A stretch of 64,000 bases of DNA, taken from positions 6,102 through 70,101 of the forward strand of contig JBLNDE010000038.1 in assembly GCA_050261335.1 (NCBI GenBank), read 5' to 3'. A model generated the notes under the pieces. The model was not told the DNA's origin. It did no database searches and worked only from the letters and a program-made list of their open reading frames with translations. The DNA comes from Bacillota bacterium (GTDB lineage: Bacteria; Bacillota; SHA-98; UBA4971). Position 1 is the first letter of the stretch. Every line of letters starts with the position of its first letter. Below, piece by piece: positions 18,419 to 28,780 of the stretch. A program made the translations under genes and the position numbers.

Positions 18419-18439
18419 CTCGCGTGTTGGTACCAGCTC

Positions 18440-18620
18440 ATCAAGTTCTCGGACACGGTCGCCGTTCCGGAGAACGTCAAAGACGCAGCGATCCTTGCTG
18501 ATTATCCCGTGACGACGCGCTACGCCGGCGGCCGGGAGCCGGCGGGCGAAGATGAGTCCCGTCGCGCCCTGAAGCTAGCCGGAAAAGCTTGGGCTTGGGT
18601 CACGAGTATCGTCCCCCAGA
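18440..18620 (+). pseudogene. C-terminal fragment of a HEPN-domain protein
   Basis: ...DAAILADYPVTTRYAGGREPAGEDESRRALKLAGKAWAW resembles the HEPN LxxYxVxxRYP...AxxxA..W tail; no start codon or N-terminal half. Confidence 0.5.
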
Positions 18621-18659
18621 AGTTTGCTCCAAAATCCGCGCGCAGCCTGTACTGCGGCC

Positions 18660-19019
18660 CGCTATCGGCTCTACCTCAATTCGCTACCAGTACGTGTTCG
18701 AGCCGAGGAGCACACAGCCCAGTTGACGAGCGAGGCAGCAGCGGAGCTGCAGAACAGGTTCGTTGAGGGCGACGTGAACGTTCTGAGCTGCTCTACCAGG
18801 TTCGAACTCGGAGTGGACGTCGGAGAGCTCGATGCGGTGTTTATGCGGAACATGCCGTCTTCGGCGGCCAATTACATCCAGAGGGCAGGCCGCGCCGGAA
18901 GGCGGACCGATAGCACGGCGTTCGCGCTTACCTTCGCGCAGCAGCGGTCTCATGACCTTGCGCACTACCGCGAGCCCTGGCGGATGGTATCGGGAAAGAT
19001 CATGGCTCCCCACTTCAAG
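18660..19019 (+). pseudogene. Internal fragment of a large DEAD/DEAH SF2 helicase (DUF1998/DruE-like)
   Basis: EHTAQL, LSCSTRFELGVDVG, RNMP..ANYIQRAGRAGRR, RSHD; only about 120 aa of the helicase C domain. Confidence 0.8.
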
Positions 19020-19181
19020 GATGTGGTGGGACTCCAGACAGGCGGGGGTGTGGCAACAAGACATCCCATGCTGCGAATTTCGGTGCCGTGTGCGTTCATG
19101 ACTTTGCACAGCATTGTGCCTTTAGCCTGTCAGGATGCTGTGGACAGCGACAACATGTGTGGCAGCGCGACTTACCAGGTG

Positions 19182-19844
19182 CTACGGGCGGGGCGTCCGC
19201 TGCAGTATGGCCAAGAGCCGATGAATGACATCCCTGCCGAGGACGACATTATGTCCCGACACGCAGGTGTCAAAATCCAGGTCCAGGTAGCGATGTAGCG
19301 AATCCACATATAGGTCCTTGTCAGTATCAATGCTGGGCACGATCTCCTCCGGGGTGTCGCCTATATTGTCACCCGCATTCAGAACCTTGTCCGCCTCATC
19401 CAGCACGCTGATTGAATCGATGGTATGCCCCGGCGTGTAGACCAGCCTGACCTGATCCTCCGGGAAGTATAGCTCTCTTTCGAAAACCAGACTGGGTAGG
19501 ACCATCTCCACTTCCCCATGGTGATATCTGTGGTTCTTCTCCATCATATCCTGCCAATGCGATTGTATCATCTCCCTGCACAGGCGGTGGGATACGATGG
19601 TGCAGTGCCGGAGTGAACCATTGCCCCAGACATGGTCCCAGTGGTAATGAGTATTGACTACGATAGCGGGTTTGTCATACTGCAGGTATTCCTCCATAGG
19701 GGCAATGCTCAGGGAACCCAGTCCCGTATCGATGATATAGTCGCATCTTTCTCCCCGGATCAAATGCAGATTCAGGTCCCATTCCTCGTGAGGGACAGTA
19801 AAGGTGAAGAGGAAACCCCTGGCGCCAACCTTCTGAACTCGCAT
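19182..19844 (-). CDS. MBL-fold metallo-hydrolase
   Basis: IIDTG, THYHWDHVWGN, TPGHT, AGD, SGH motifs. Confidence 0.88.
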   Translation of the reverse strand: MRVQKVGARGFLFTFTVPHEEWDLNLHLIRGERCDYIIDTGLGSLSIAPMEEYLQYDKPAIVVNTHYHWDHVWGNGSLRHCTIVSHRLCREMIQSHWQDMMEKNHRYHHGEVEMVLPSLVFERELYFPEDQVRLVYTPGHTIDSISVLDEADKVLNAGDNIGDTPEEIVPSIDTDKDLYVDSLHRYLDLDFDTCVSGHNVVLGRDVIHRLLAILQRTPRP

Positions 19845-20403
19845 AGTGCAACTCCTTACCCTGAGCGCTGTTACTAGAAGAGAGCAGAGCAGACTGCCCT
19901 CTTCCCTTTCGCACCTCAGAGCACTTATCGTACTCCGAATTCCTTGCCGTCATCCATACACAAACGCATAATGCTCCATCAGCCGGTGACTAGTACCGCA
20001 TTTCGTGAGTCCTCGTAGCCTTTGGTCTTGGGTCTTGCACCCGGCAGCCCGGTGGTCCGGCCCCAAACCGGGTGATACCCTGTACGGTCTCGCAGAACAG
20101 AGTACCGAAGATCTCTCCAAAGCCGCTTGTGCCTCGCCCATAGGATAGCCGGCACGCTGCCAAGCTGCAGATCCGCTCCGCGGGCGTGCCGCCTCGCAAC
20201 GAAAACCGCCATGCCCTCTAGCTATGGGGTTGTGATGGAAGCGGGCCGCAGTATGGGCCGCGCGCGGCTTTTGCAGCGAGATCCCACGCCGACCGGGACA
20301 CCGTCCGAGCTATTTACCCACTGGCCCGCCGTGTAAGGACGGCCGATTTCCGTGCTCATGATAGCATCCGGACACTAACAACGTCAACGACACAGACTGA
20401 GTT

Positions 20404-20994
20404 TTAGCGTTGTTGACGAGAAGAGGCTTGACGAGACCCGTACCATGTTCTGGAACGGCCGAGTGTTACTCCAACATATCGATTGACCGTTCTCATATAT
20501 CGCTCATAGTCCGCCCCGAACTGTTGAAGACACCATCGCTCTTCGGACAGGATCAACCAATGAACAGATACCTGAAATACGGCGAGCACCAAAAGGTAGA
20601 GCCACGACGCAATGAGGAGCCCGCATCCAAAGAAGTAGATGAAATACGCAACATACATCGGGTTACGGGAGAGGCGGTATATGCCGTTCTGGTTTATGCC
20701 ATTCTCCCTAGGCCGGGAGTAGGCGATCACCGAAGCTGCGTATAGCAGGCAGCCGAAGGTATATAGAGCGAGACCCGCCCAGAACCAGACGGATGCCATG
20801 CGTATCCTGAAGAAGAACAGGGAGAATATGAGGAATAGATTCGTGACCTGATAGACCCAGTATGCGGTGACCTCAGCTCCCTTGAGCGGGGGAAAATAAC
20901 CTGCCCGAGCAAGGGCATCTTTGCTCAGCCAGCCCATAAGCCCGAATCTGATGAGGATGATGGGAATGACGAGGAAAATCGCGTTCAACTGCAT
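20404..20994 (-). CDS. Isoprenylcysteine carboxylmethyltransferase / PEMT family membrane protein
   Basis: GIYRLSRNPMY and EERWCLQQFGADYERY motifs, several TM segments. Confidence 0.85.
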   Translation of the reverse strand: MQLNAIFLVIPIILIRFGLMGWLSKDALARAGYFPPLKGAEVTAYWVYQVTNLFLIFSLFFFRIRMASVWFWAGLALYTFGCLLYAASVIAYSRPRENGINQNGIYRLSRNPMYVAYFIYFFGCGLLIASWLYLLVLAVFQVSVHWLILSEERWCLQQFGADYERYMRTVNRYVGVTLGRSRTWYGSRQASSRQQR

Positions 20995-21340
20995 TCCGTC
21001 CTTTCCAAGCCCACCGTTCTGTGTAGCCTATGGGGTTACATTCGGCCAGAAGCCTGCTCCGAAACTCGTGCACGACTCAAACGACTGCGGGCTCAGACCG
21101 CAGATCCGCAGCTATACGGCGCACCGACTCATCATACATAGGAGGACCCCTTCGTCTCTTGTAGACGAGGCGATGAAAAAAACCACAGCGGTCGTAGGAG
21201 ACCGCTGCCCTCTCCTCGTCGAGGGTCCACGCTGTTTTCTGCCATGAATAGCGTATCACAGAAAGAACCCACAGGCAATGTCCGCTGATCGCCGCGGTGC
21301 GTGAGTTCCCAGAGACCTGGACGCTACACTCCGTCTAGGG

Positions 21341-21464
21341 GAGGGTGCGTTAGTTCTCGCTCCTCTTCAAGTAGTTGCCGGATTGCCGGTGTTGCACTCT
21401 CTTCTTGAGTCACCGGCAACCTCTCCCAAAAGTCGGGAGCATTTCGACACCCTCCTGCACCCTC
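21341..21464. repeat. Dispersed palindromic element sharing sequence with 6383-6423 and with the 51-kb and 63-kb elements
   Basis: AGGGTGCGTTAGTTCT identical at 6383 and 21342; TTGCCGGTG...CACCGGCAA arms; GAGGGTGC...GCACCCTC outer stem. Confidence 0.5.
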
Positions 21465-21466
21465 AC

Positions 21467-21907
21467 TTAGTCTGCTGGCACGGCCCTGTGTGCCACCGCA
21501 AGGCCGACATCGTCAAGGTGGAGGAGGCCGATCTCGAGGAAGACGGCCACTGACAGGTGTTCGCCGCACCGGGCCACGCCCACCTTGCCGCCGACATTGA
21601 AGCCCGCGGCCCTCGGCATGAGCTGGGCCAGGGCTTCACGTGCCGCTCCTGTCACAGCCCCTTCGTGAGGATGTGACGCGGCGATCACGCCCTCACGCTT
21701 CGCTGCCACCAGGATGTTCTCCACGGCCTTCGCGATGGACTGCACGAAAGGCCCGCCGATGTCCACTGCAGCGGCCCTCACCCCGGCCTCAGTGAACGCG
21801 CGCTTGAGGTCCCGCTCCTGGTCGCGCGATGTGGACATGGCCATCTGCACCGCTGCCCTTGCTGCCGCGGCACTCGGTCTCTCGTGATGCGTGTCCGATG
21901 TCTGCAT
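21467..21907 (-). CDS. hutP: HutP family RNA-binding protein
   Basis: AAKREGVI..HPHEGAVTGAAREAL, GKVGVAR.GEHLSVAVF..IGLLHL. Confidence 0.8.
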   Translation of the reverse strand: MQTSDTHHERPSAAAARAAVQMAMSTSRDQERDLKRAFTEAGVRAAAVDIGGPFVQSIAKAVENILVAAKREGVIAASHPHEGAVTGAAREALAQLMPRAAGFNVGGKVGVARCGEHLSVAVFLEIGLLHLDDVGLAVAHRAVPAD

Positions 21908-22052
21908 CCCACAAGCACCACCTTTCAGGCGCGAGACGCGCGCCGCTCCGCAGAAGCGCCGCGTGCCGCGTCGCCCCACTTGTCCCGATGATGCGTGTTC
22001 ATCAACCTGTCCACATTCTATGTGAGTTGCCTGCAGACGTCAAACGAGCACC

Positions 22053-22382
22053 ATGCTTACGTGCATGACGTTCTTTCACGGCAGCCACACCCAGCGTCGC
22101 GAGAAGACGTTCTGCATGGTGTGCGACGCTCCCGACGTCAGCATGATGACGGTGTGGGGAGGCCACGGCGGCGGAGACCCGGTGGGCAGGTTTTCGTGGC
22201 CGGACCGCGTGCCGCTCGCTGAGGTGTCGCTACGCCTCTGCGTCCTTACCACGGGGACAGACGGGATCCCCCTGAACACGTGGTGCTACTGGAAGCCCCT
22301 CCTGAAGGACGAGGACTGGGCGCGCGGGGAGGCGAGTTACGTCTGTGAGGCCCGCCTAGTCCTCCAAAATGCCCGGCTGTGA
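22053..22382 (+). CDS. Hypothetical protein, possibly a fragment
   Basis: 109-aa ORF with plausible composition and no recognisable motif. Confidence 0.25.
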   Translation: MLTCMTFFHGSHTQRREKTFCMVCDAPDVSMMTVWGGHGGGDPVGRFSWPDRVPLAEVSLRLCVLTTGTDGIPLNTWCYWKPLLKDEDWARGEASYVCEARLVLQNARL

Positions 22383-22565
22383 ATTGTCGCATGCGGAATA
22401 TCGGCTGCAGTCGGGATGTGACGTGCCGGGGCGGCGCGGTTGGACTAGAGGCCCATGCTAGCCATCGAGACAGTGTCTCAGAGCGATCAAAAAACGTCCT
22501 TGCGAAGTGGAATCCTGCTGGAGGATTTTCGGGCCGGGCGACGAATACAAGATACGAGACACGGA

Positions 22566-22590
22566 TGTGCACAATAGGGCACAAATGTGC
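22566..22590. promoter_or_regulatory. Candidate operator for the SorC/DeoR-type regulator
   Basis: TGTGCACA followed by GCACA-AA-TGTGC inverted repeat upstream of the regulator gene. Confidence 0.35.
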
Positions 22591-22757
22591 GCCGGCGTGG
22601 AGCCAGGAGTGCTATCGAGTCTGCCAACGCTCGCCCAGTGCCTAGAGGCATGCCGCCGGGGCCACCTACATGCCTGTCAGGCGCGGTTCGGCAACGATGG
22701 CAGGGGATCCCTGGCGGCATCAAGCCTGTCGCGAATGCGAGACCTGGAAGTGGAGAT

Positions 22758-23894
22758 ATGCACGCGACTGTAAATGGCAAGAACATGGAGCTCCTCGTGG
22801 AGATTGCGCGCATGTACTACGAGTATGGCCTTGGCCAACAGGAAATTGCAGAAAGGGTCGGTCTATCGCGCAGCCGCGTCTCCAGGATGCTGACAAGGGC
22901 GAGAGAGGCAGGCATTGTGCAGGTCAGCATCGCCGACCCGTTTCAGGAGGAGTCTTTACTCGCCCAGGAGATCCAGGCGAGGTACGGACTGAAGAGGGCT
23001 GTCGTGTGCCCGGTTCCCCGGTCAAGCCGGGCGCCCCTGGCGTGGCATCTGGCGCAGGCCGCGGCCAGGCTCCTGCGAGAGATAGTCCGGGATGGCGTCA
23101 CCATAGGCGTGTGCGGCGGCACGACGATGCTGGAGGTGGCGAGGGCGCTTAGGCCACTGAAGCGGAAAAGCGTAAATGTTGTCCAGCTTGAGGGAACGTT
23201 GTCCGGGCAGGGCGAAGCGCTCATTCACGGTAACGAGATCGCGCTCCTGTTCGCAAGAGCGCTCACAGCCACCCCATTCTTCCTGAGCGTGCCTGCCATT
23301 GTTGAGCATGAGGAGGTCAAGGAGGCTCTCGTGAGCGACCGTAATGTGGCCAGGGTCCTTGACATGGGCAAAGCGGCCAACATCGCAGCTTTCTCGATCG
23401 GGCGCCCCGACAGATCTTCCCTGCTCGTCCGGGCCGGCTATTTTTCGCCTGAGGAAATGGACTCACTCGTAGCCGCAGGGGCGGTTGGAGACCTTTGCTC
23501 GCGATTCTTCTCAGAGGACGGGTCCATCTGCGATGAGTCGCTGAACAGAAGAACGATCGGACTGGAACTTCAGGACTTCATGCACAAGGATTTCTCGGTA
23601 GCAGTGGCAGGCGGTCGACAAAAGGTTGCGGGAATAAGAGGTGCCCTGCGTGGCCGGTTCGCTAACGTACTCGTCACCGACGAGGCGACGGCAAGGCAGC
23701 TGCTGGATCTGGAGTGCTCTCTGGACCAAGGTCAAGCCGGGTCGCCAGCCGGAGATGAGGCGGGGGCGCGCGTCGAAGTTCGGGAGCAGACACAGACACA
23801 GGTAATTGACACACCCTGCGCTGGCCGTGCCGCAACAAACCACGGCCAGACCGGCCGGATTGCCGAAACCGCACCTGCTGGAAGGGCAAGGTGA
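22758..23894 (+). CDS. Sugar-binding transcriptional regulator (SorC/DeoR/LsrR family)
   Basis: ARMYYEYGLGQQEIAERVGLSRSRVSRML HTH, GGTTM, GAVGD, LVTDEATA. Confidence 0.9.
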   Translation: MHATVNGKNMELLVEIARMYYEYGLGQQEIAERVGLSRSRVSRMLTRAREAGIVQVSIADPFQEESLLAQEIQARYGLKRAVVCPVPRSSRAPLAWHLAQAAARLLREIVRDGVTIGVCGGTTMLEVARALRPLKRKSVNVVQLEGTLSGQGEALIHGNEIALLFARALTATPFFLSVPAIVEHEEVKEALVSDRNVARVLDMGKAANIAAFSIGRPDRSSLLVRAGYFSPEEMDSLVAAGAVGDLCSRFFSEDGSICDESLNRRTIGLELQDFMHKDFSVAVAGGRQKVAGIRGALRGRFANVLVTDEATARQLLDLECSLDQGQAGSPAGDEAGARVEVREQTQTQVIDTPCAGRAATNHGQTGRIAETAPAGRAR

Positions 23895-23901
23895 GATCGC
23901 G

Positions 23902-25755
23902 ATGGCGCTTGATACGGACCTTCAGTCAGTTCAAGAAGCAAGAGACGCAGTGCGTCGCGCCGCCGAGGCCCGCGCGAAGCTGGCATCCCTCACTCAGGAG
24001 CAGGTAGATCGCATTGTTGCGAAGATGGCTGAGGCGGGGCGCGCAAATGCCCGTGCTCTTGCAAAGATGGCCGTCGAAGAAACGGGTTTTGGAGTATACG
24101 AAGACAAGATCACGAAGAACCTGTTTGCCTCCGAACGCGTGTATGAGGCCATTCGCGATCTCAAGACGGTCGGCATCATCCGGTGGGACCCGTCGCGCAG
24201 TGTCGCCGAGATAGCTGAGCCGGTGGGCGTCATCGTGGCCCTGGTTCCGTCGACCAACCCCACGTCAACAGTGATATATAAGAGCCTGATAACCCTGAAG
24301 GCGCGAAACCCGATCGTCTTCAGCCCGCATCCATCCGCGCGCAGCTGCAGTTGTCAGGCGGCTCAGGTCATGATTGACGCGGCTGCCGCCGCAGGAGCGC
24401 CCAGGGGAGCGATCCAGAGCCTGGTCCACCCGACCAAGCAGGCCACCGACGAACTCATGCACCATTCCGACACAGCACTCATCCTCGCCACAGGCGGGTC
24501 GGCGATGGTGAAAGCGGCATACAGCGCGGGCAAGCCTGCCTATGGCGTCGGCCCCGGCAATGTGCCGGCATTCATCGAGCGCACTGCCGACATAAAGAGG
24601 GCCGTATCAGATATCTTCGCCAGCAAGACCTTCGACAACGGCACGATCTGTGCGTCCGAGCAGGCAATAGTGACGGAATCGGTCGTCGAGAGCCAGGTCG
24701 TGGAGGAGGTCAGAGCCCAGGGCGGGTACTTCCTGACCGATGCGGAGGCGACGGCGCTTTCCAAAGTTGTGGTGAGTTCCGGGGGCAACATCAACCCGTC
24801 CATTGTGGGAAGAAGCGCGGAAACCATCGCCAGAATGGCCGGGATCTCCGTGCCGGATGGGACACGCGTCCTGGTGGCCCGCCTTCCAGGCGTCGGGCCA
24901 GACCATCCACTTTCAAGGGAAAAGCTCAGTCCCATACTGGCTTTCTATGTCGAGCCTGACTGGCAGGCGGCCTGCGAACGGTGCATTGAGATCCTGAACT
25001 TCGGCGGGATCGGCCACAGTCTGGTCATCCACTCGCGAAATCCGGCTGTCATCAGGGAGTTTGCCATGAAGAAGCCGGTTTTCAGGATACTGGTCAACAC
25101 GCCCTCCTCGCAGGGGGCCATCGGTGCGACCACCGGCCTCGACCCGGCGCTGACACTCGGTTGTGGCACCTGGGGCGGGAGCATCACCGCCGACAATGTC
25201 GGCCCGCTGCACCTCATCAACGTGAAGCGCGTGGCGTACGGCCTGGCTACGGAGGGTGTTGACGAGCTTTACGAAGAGATGGCCGGGGGTACCACCGGGG
25301 TAGGCGCGATCTGGAGGAGCCGTGAGCTTTCCAGTGTGCCCACGGGGCTAGGGTCGTTATCCCGAAGGGATCTCCCGGCAGAGGCCGGATTGAGACGGTC
25401 TGGACTGGCGTGTGGCTCAGGACAGGATAGAGCCGTGCCGACCGTAATCGGCCCTGCCGCAGCTGTGGACAGGTCCGTCGTGGCGCCGCTGCCCACTGGG
25501 GCCGGGCGTCGAGACATAGGCCAGGCGGGGACGGCGCTGTCAAGTGCGGCCGGCGCGTCGGCCGCCGGGCAACGGAGAGGGTCCGACCGAGAGCGGGGAA
25601 CGCAGGAGGCTCAGAACACCGTGCACTTGACGCGTGGTGAGCGGCAGGTCCGCCAGACCATGCTCGTTACGGATGAGGAGATCCGGGCCGCTGTGGACAG
25701 GTTCCTCTTAGAGCTGAAGAGCGGCGCTGGCAATAGCGGTGGAGGTGGCGGCTGA
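23902..25755 (+). CDS. CoA-acylating acetaldehyde dehydrogenase (EutE/PduP-type) with long linker and C-terminal encapsulation peptide
   Basis: PSTNPTST, ATGG, GVGPGN, FDNGTICASEQ, EKLSP, TLGCGTWG; tail DEEIRAAVDRFLLEL. Confidence 0.92.
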   Translation: MALDTDLQSVQEARDAVRRAAEARAKLASLTQEQVDRIVAKMAEAGRANARALAKMAVEETGFGVYEDKITKNLFASERVYEAIRDLKTVGIIRWDPSRSVAEIAEPVGVIVALVPSTNPTSTVIYKSLITLKARNPIVFSPHPSARSCSCQAAQVMIDAAAAAGAPRGAIQSLVHPTKQATDELMHHSDTALILATGGSAMVKAAYSAGKPAYGVGPGNVPAFIERTADIKRAVSDIFASKTFDNGTICASEQAIVTESVVESQVVEEVRAQGGYFLTDAEATALSKVVVSSGGNINPSIVGRSAETIARMAGISVPDGTRVLVARLPGVGPDHPLSREKLSPILAFYVEPDWQAACERCIEILNFGGIGHSLVIHSRNPAVIREFAMKKPVFRILVNTPSSQGAIGATTGLDPALTLGCGTWGGSITADNVGPLHLINVKRVAYGLATEGVDELYEEMAGGTTGVGAIWRSRELSSVPTGLGSLSRRDLPAEAGLRRSGLACGSGQDRAVPTVIGPAAAVDRSVVAPLPTGAGRRDIGQAGTALSSAAGASAAGQRRGSDRERGTQEAQNTVHLTRGERQVRQTMLVTDEEIRAAVDRFLLELKSGAGNSGGGGG

Positions 25756-25906
25756 GGCGGTGCAAGAGCATAGTCACGTGGCGGAGTGCAGGCGCATGGT
25801 TGCGTGACGTCGCAACATACCCCGACGATGCGCTGCATAAGGTTGATATGCCGCTTGAGCAGGATTGGAGCCACGGAGCACAGCAATGACGGGGGAGGCG
25901 GGACCG

Positions 25907-26182
25907 GTGGTTCAGGATGCATTGGGGATGATCGAGACCAAAGGCCTTGTGGGAGCAATCGAGGCAGCAGACGCCATGGTGAAAGCGGCGAACGTGGTAC
26001 TTATCGGCAAGGAGTACATCGGCGGCGGCTACGTGACCGTCATGGTCCGAGGCGACGTCGGGGCCGTGAAGGCCGCAACCGATGCAGGAGCTGCGGCAGC
26101 GGCAAGGGTCGGGGAGCTCGTGAGCGTGCATGTGATTCCCAGGCCGCATACGGACGTGGACAGGGTTCTACCGAAAGCATAA
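25907..26182 (+). CDS. BMC-H shell protein (EutM/PduA-like)
   Basis: [26 protein letters not shown]...RGDVGAV...VIPRPH. Confidence 0.95.
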   Translation: MVQDALGMIETKGLVGAIEAADAMVKAANVVLIGKEYIGGGYVTVMVRGDVGAVKAATDAGAAAAARVGELVSVHVIPRPHTDVDRVLPKA

Positions 26183-26386
26183 GGCCTGATCATGCCGCGA
26201 TGGGTGCGGGCCAGATGTGCTCTCGCAGCCTCCCAGGCGTCCCCCTTTCGGGCCATCCACCCCTCAGGCCGGGGCGAAAGCGCCGGACGCCTTTATGGAA
26301 TAAGCCCGGGGTGCCGAGCATCCGGCTGGCAGGGCCAGTGCGGCAGTGAGCGTACACGCGCACGTGCGGGGCAGGGGTAGATCAAG

Positions 26387-27154
26387 ATGGACAATGGCTC
26401 CCTCGAAAACCTGATCGCAAGGTGTGTGAGAGATCTCGAGGCAAATGGCCTTGTGGCTCCTGTGTCCGGGCCGATCCACTCGCCCGCGCCGGCCGCGGGT
26501 GCCAGCGGCGGACAATCGCGGGGCCAGGCAGGCGGCGCCGAGGCAAGGCTGCGCCGTGGACTGGTGGTTCCCGTGGGCGTATCGAACCGCCACGTGCATC
26601 TATGTGAGGAGGACTTCCAGGTGCTCTTCGCACGCGATGCCGCCAGGCGGGGCCTGTCGAAGTTGCGCGACCTTTCACAGCCCGGGCAGTTTGTTGCAAG
26701 CGAGGTCGTGTCCATTGCAGGCCCCAAAGGGAGCATAGGCTCGGTCAGGGTGCTGGGTCCTCTTCGGGCGAGGACCCAGGTCGAGTTGAGCCGGACGGAT
26801 GCGTACACCCTGGGCATCTCGCCCCCGGTGCGCGACTCCGGCGACCTCGACGGCTCCGGGCCCATCGTGCTCATTGGGCCGAACGGAGGCGTGAGTCTGA
26901 ACGAAGGCGCAATCATTGCAGCGCGCCACATTCACATGACTCCGGATGAAGCGTCGCAGTGGGGACTGCGCGACGGCGACCGGGTCGAGGTAGAGGTCAC
27001 AGGACAGCGCGGCCTTGTGTTCCGCGAGGTGCTCGTCAGAGCCGACGAGAGATTTCGGCTCGAGATGCATGTGGACACGGACGAGGCCAACGCGGCACTC
27101 TTGCGTACTGGAGATTCTGTGGAGGTCATCGTGGGTTGCCGGGCGTCGCAGTGA
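26387..27154 (+). CDS. pduL: Phosphate propanoyltransferase (BMC phosphotransacylase) with N-terminal encapsulation peptide
   Basis: VSNRHVHL, LSQPGQF, RHIHM, MHVDTDEANAA; N-terminal LENLIARCVRDL. Confidence 0.92.
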   Translation: MDNGSLENLIARCVRDLEANGLVAPVSGPIHSPAPAAGASGGQSRGQAGGAEARLRRGLVVPVGVSNRHVHLCEEDFQVLFARDAARRGLSKLRDLSQPGQFVASEVVSIAGPKGSIGSVRVLGPLRARTQVELSRTDAYTLGISPPVRDSGDLDGSGPIVLIGPNGGVSLNEGAIIAARHIHMTPDEASQWGLRDGDRVEVEVTGQRGLVFREVLVRADERFRLEMHVDTDEANAALLRTGDSVEVIVGCRASQ

Positions 27155-27242
27155 GCGCGAGAAGAAAGTCGTGCAGGTGCGTCGTGCACGTATAGCGGCG
27201 AAGAACGGCTAGCCTCGGACTGATACCGGAGGGAGGATCCCC

Positions 27243-27791
27243 GTGGGTGCAGCGATAGGCCTTGTGGAATTCGCCAATGTGACCAGAGGGATAGAAGGTA
27301 CTGACGCCATGGTCAAAGCTGCGGACGTGGAGCTTCTGCTTGCGCGCCCAACGTGCCCAGGGAAGTTCACGACCCTCGTCTCAGGGGATGTGGGCGCCGT
27401 AAAAAGCTCAGTCGCGGCAGGCACCGTGATCGGCGCCGATGCTGTGGTGGACGAGTTCGTCCTGCCGAACGTGCATCCTGGAGTGTTCCCGGCCATAACG
27501 GCCACGTCCGACATACGTGAGGTCAGCGCCCTCGGAGTGGTGGAGACCTTTACGGTCGCGTCCGCAATAGTTGCTGCCGACGCAGCGCTGAAGGCGGCGG
27601 CCGTCGAGGCCATCGAACTTCGCCTCGCCATCGGGCTCGGCGGCAAGTGCTTTGTGACCCTCACGGGTGACGTCGGTGCGGTGCAGGCGGCTGTCGCCGC
27701 TGGTAGTGCTGACGCGAGCGCCAAGGGACTGCTCGTTTCGCGAGTCGTGATCCCGTCTCCTGCGAAAGAGCTTGTCGCGGCACTTCTGTGA
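27243..27791 (+). CDS. BMC-T tandem-domain shell protein (PduT-like)
   Basis: Two BMC domains and the TCPGK motif with the PduT-type Fe-S Cys. Confidence 0.9.
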   Translation: MGAAIGLVEFANVTRGIEGTDAMVKAADVELLLARPTCPGKFTTLVSGDVGAVKSSVAAGTVIGADAVVDEFVLPNVHPGVFPAITATSDIREVSALGVVETFTVASAIVAADAALKAAAVEAIELRLAIGLGGKCFVTLTGDVGAVQAAVAAGSADASAKGLLVSRVVIPSPAKELVAALL

Positions 27792-27813
27792 ATGTGGAGG
27801 TACCGGTGGCACG

Positions 27814-28275
27814 ATGCGTGCAGTCATCACCGAGGTTGAACTGAAGAAGCTTGCGGCAGCCTCGAGCGTCATACTGCCTCGCGGTGCGATTGTGACTCCT
27901 GCAGCAAGGGACTACGCAAGGGAACATGGCGTCACGCTGGTCGAGGCGACTGAGGCAGGGGCCACTGCGTTCGCGGAAGTCAGACCGCATAGGAGCGCGG
28001 AAGCCGCAACTGGCTTCTCCAGAGGCGGGGGTGCCCCATCCTGTGTGGCCGGAGCTGCTCTTGACGGGACAGAGAGCATTTCGAGCGCTTCGGTTGGCCC
28101 TGGCCGGTCTCAAGCCTCCATTCAGGTGGACCAGCTCATGGTGAAGATAGCCCGTGCTGCAGCTGCAAATCTGGGGCCGCACGTTGAGCGCGAGGTCCTC
28201 ATTCGGGTGATAGCCGCGGTACTGGCCCGTCTGGGCTACGCAGTCGTGGTTTCCGCAGTTACGCAGCGGGATTAG
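27814..28275 (+). CDS. BMC-associated hypothetical protein
   Basis: VITE...AIVTPAARDYARE motif common in BMC loci; C-terminal amphipathic helix LIRVIAAVLARL. Confidence 0.65.
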   Translation: MRAVITEVELKKLAAASSVILPRGAIVTPAARDYAREHGVTLVEATEAGATAFAEVRPHRSAEAATGFSRGGGAPSCVAGAALDGTESISSASVGPGRSQASIQVDQLMVKIARAAAANLGPHVEREVLIRVIAAVLARLGYAVVVSAVTQRD

Positions 28276-28294
28276 CGAAAGGGGGTGAACCCAA

Positions 28295-28600
28295 ATGGCT
28301 ATGGAAGCGCTTGGAATGATCGAGACCAGGGGGCTCGTCGCGATGATAGAGGCCGCGGACGCTATGGTCAAGGCGGCAAACGTGAGGCTGGTGGGCTGGG
28401 AAAGGATCGGCGGCGGGTACGTGACGGTCCTGGTTAGGGGAGAAGTGGCGGCATGTAAGTCGGCCTGCGATGCCGGCGCGGCTGCAGCGGCGAAGATCGG
28501 TGAGGTCGTGTCGGTGCACGTCATCCCGAGACCTCACTTCGATCTCGAAGGCAAGCTGCCCATTTCCCTGCCGGAGACGAAGAAGGAGAAGGGCCAGTAG
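28295..28600 (+). CDS. BMC-H shell protein
   Basis: [27 protein letters not shown]...VIPRPH. Confidence 0.94.
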   Translation: MAMEALGMIETRGLVAMIEAADAMVKAANVRLVGWERIGGGYVTVLVRGEVAACKSACDAGAAAAAKIGEVVSVHVIPRPHFDLEGKLPISLPETKKEKGQ

Positions 28601-28780
28601 GCCTTCTTCGCCGCCGAGACCGGGCGCGGCGGCAACGTTGCAAGCGCACGAGATGCGACCTGGTGATGATACCTTGTGCGACAACGCTCGCCGCCGCGGC
28701 GGCACGGCCGCACCCTGGTAGCGGGGCGGGTAAGGGCGCCGGCCCGAGTATACCCCGGTTCGGCAAAAGGGGGGACCTCC

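Noticed and set aside
19950-20385. Possible IS end (TGTTAGTGTCCGG on the minus strand) and short ORFs
   Set aside because: No matching second end and no transposase motif recognised
21467-21907. HutP as the antiterminator of the BMC or aro operon
   Set aside because: No hut genes and no clear UAG-repeat terminator target nearby; stand-alone HutP homologues are common in clostridia
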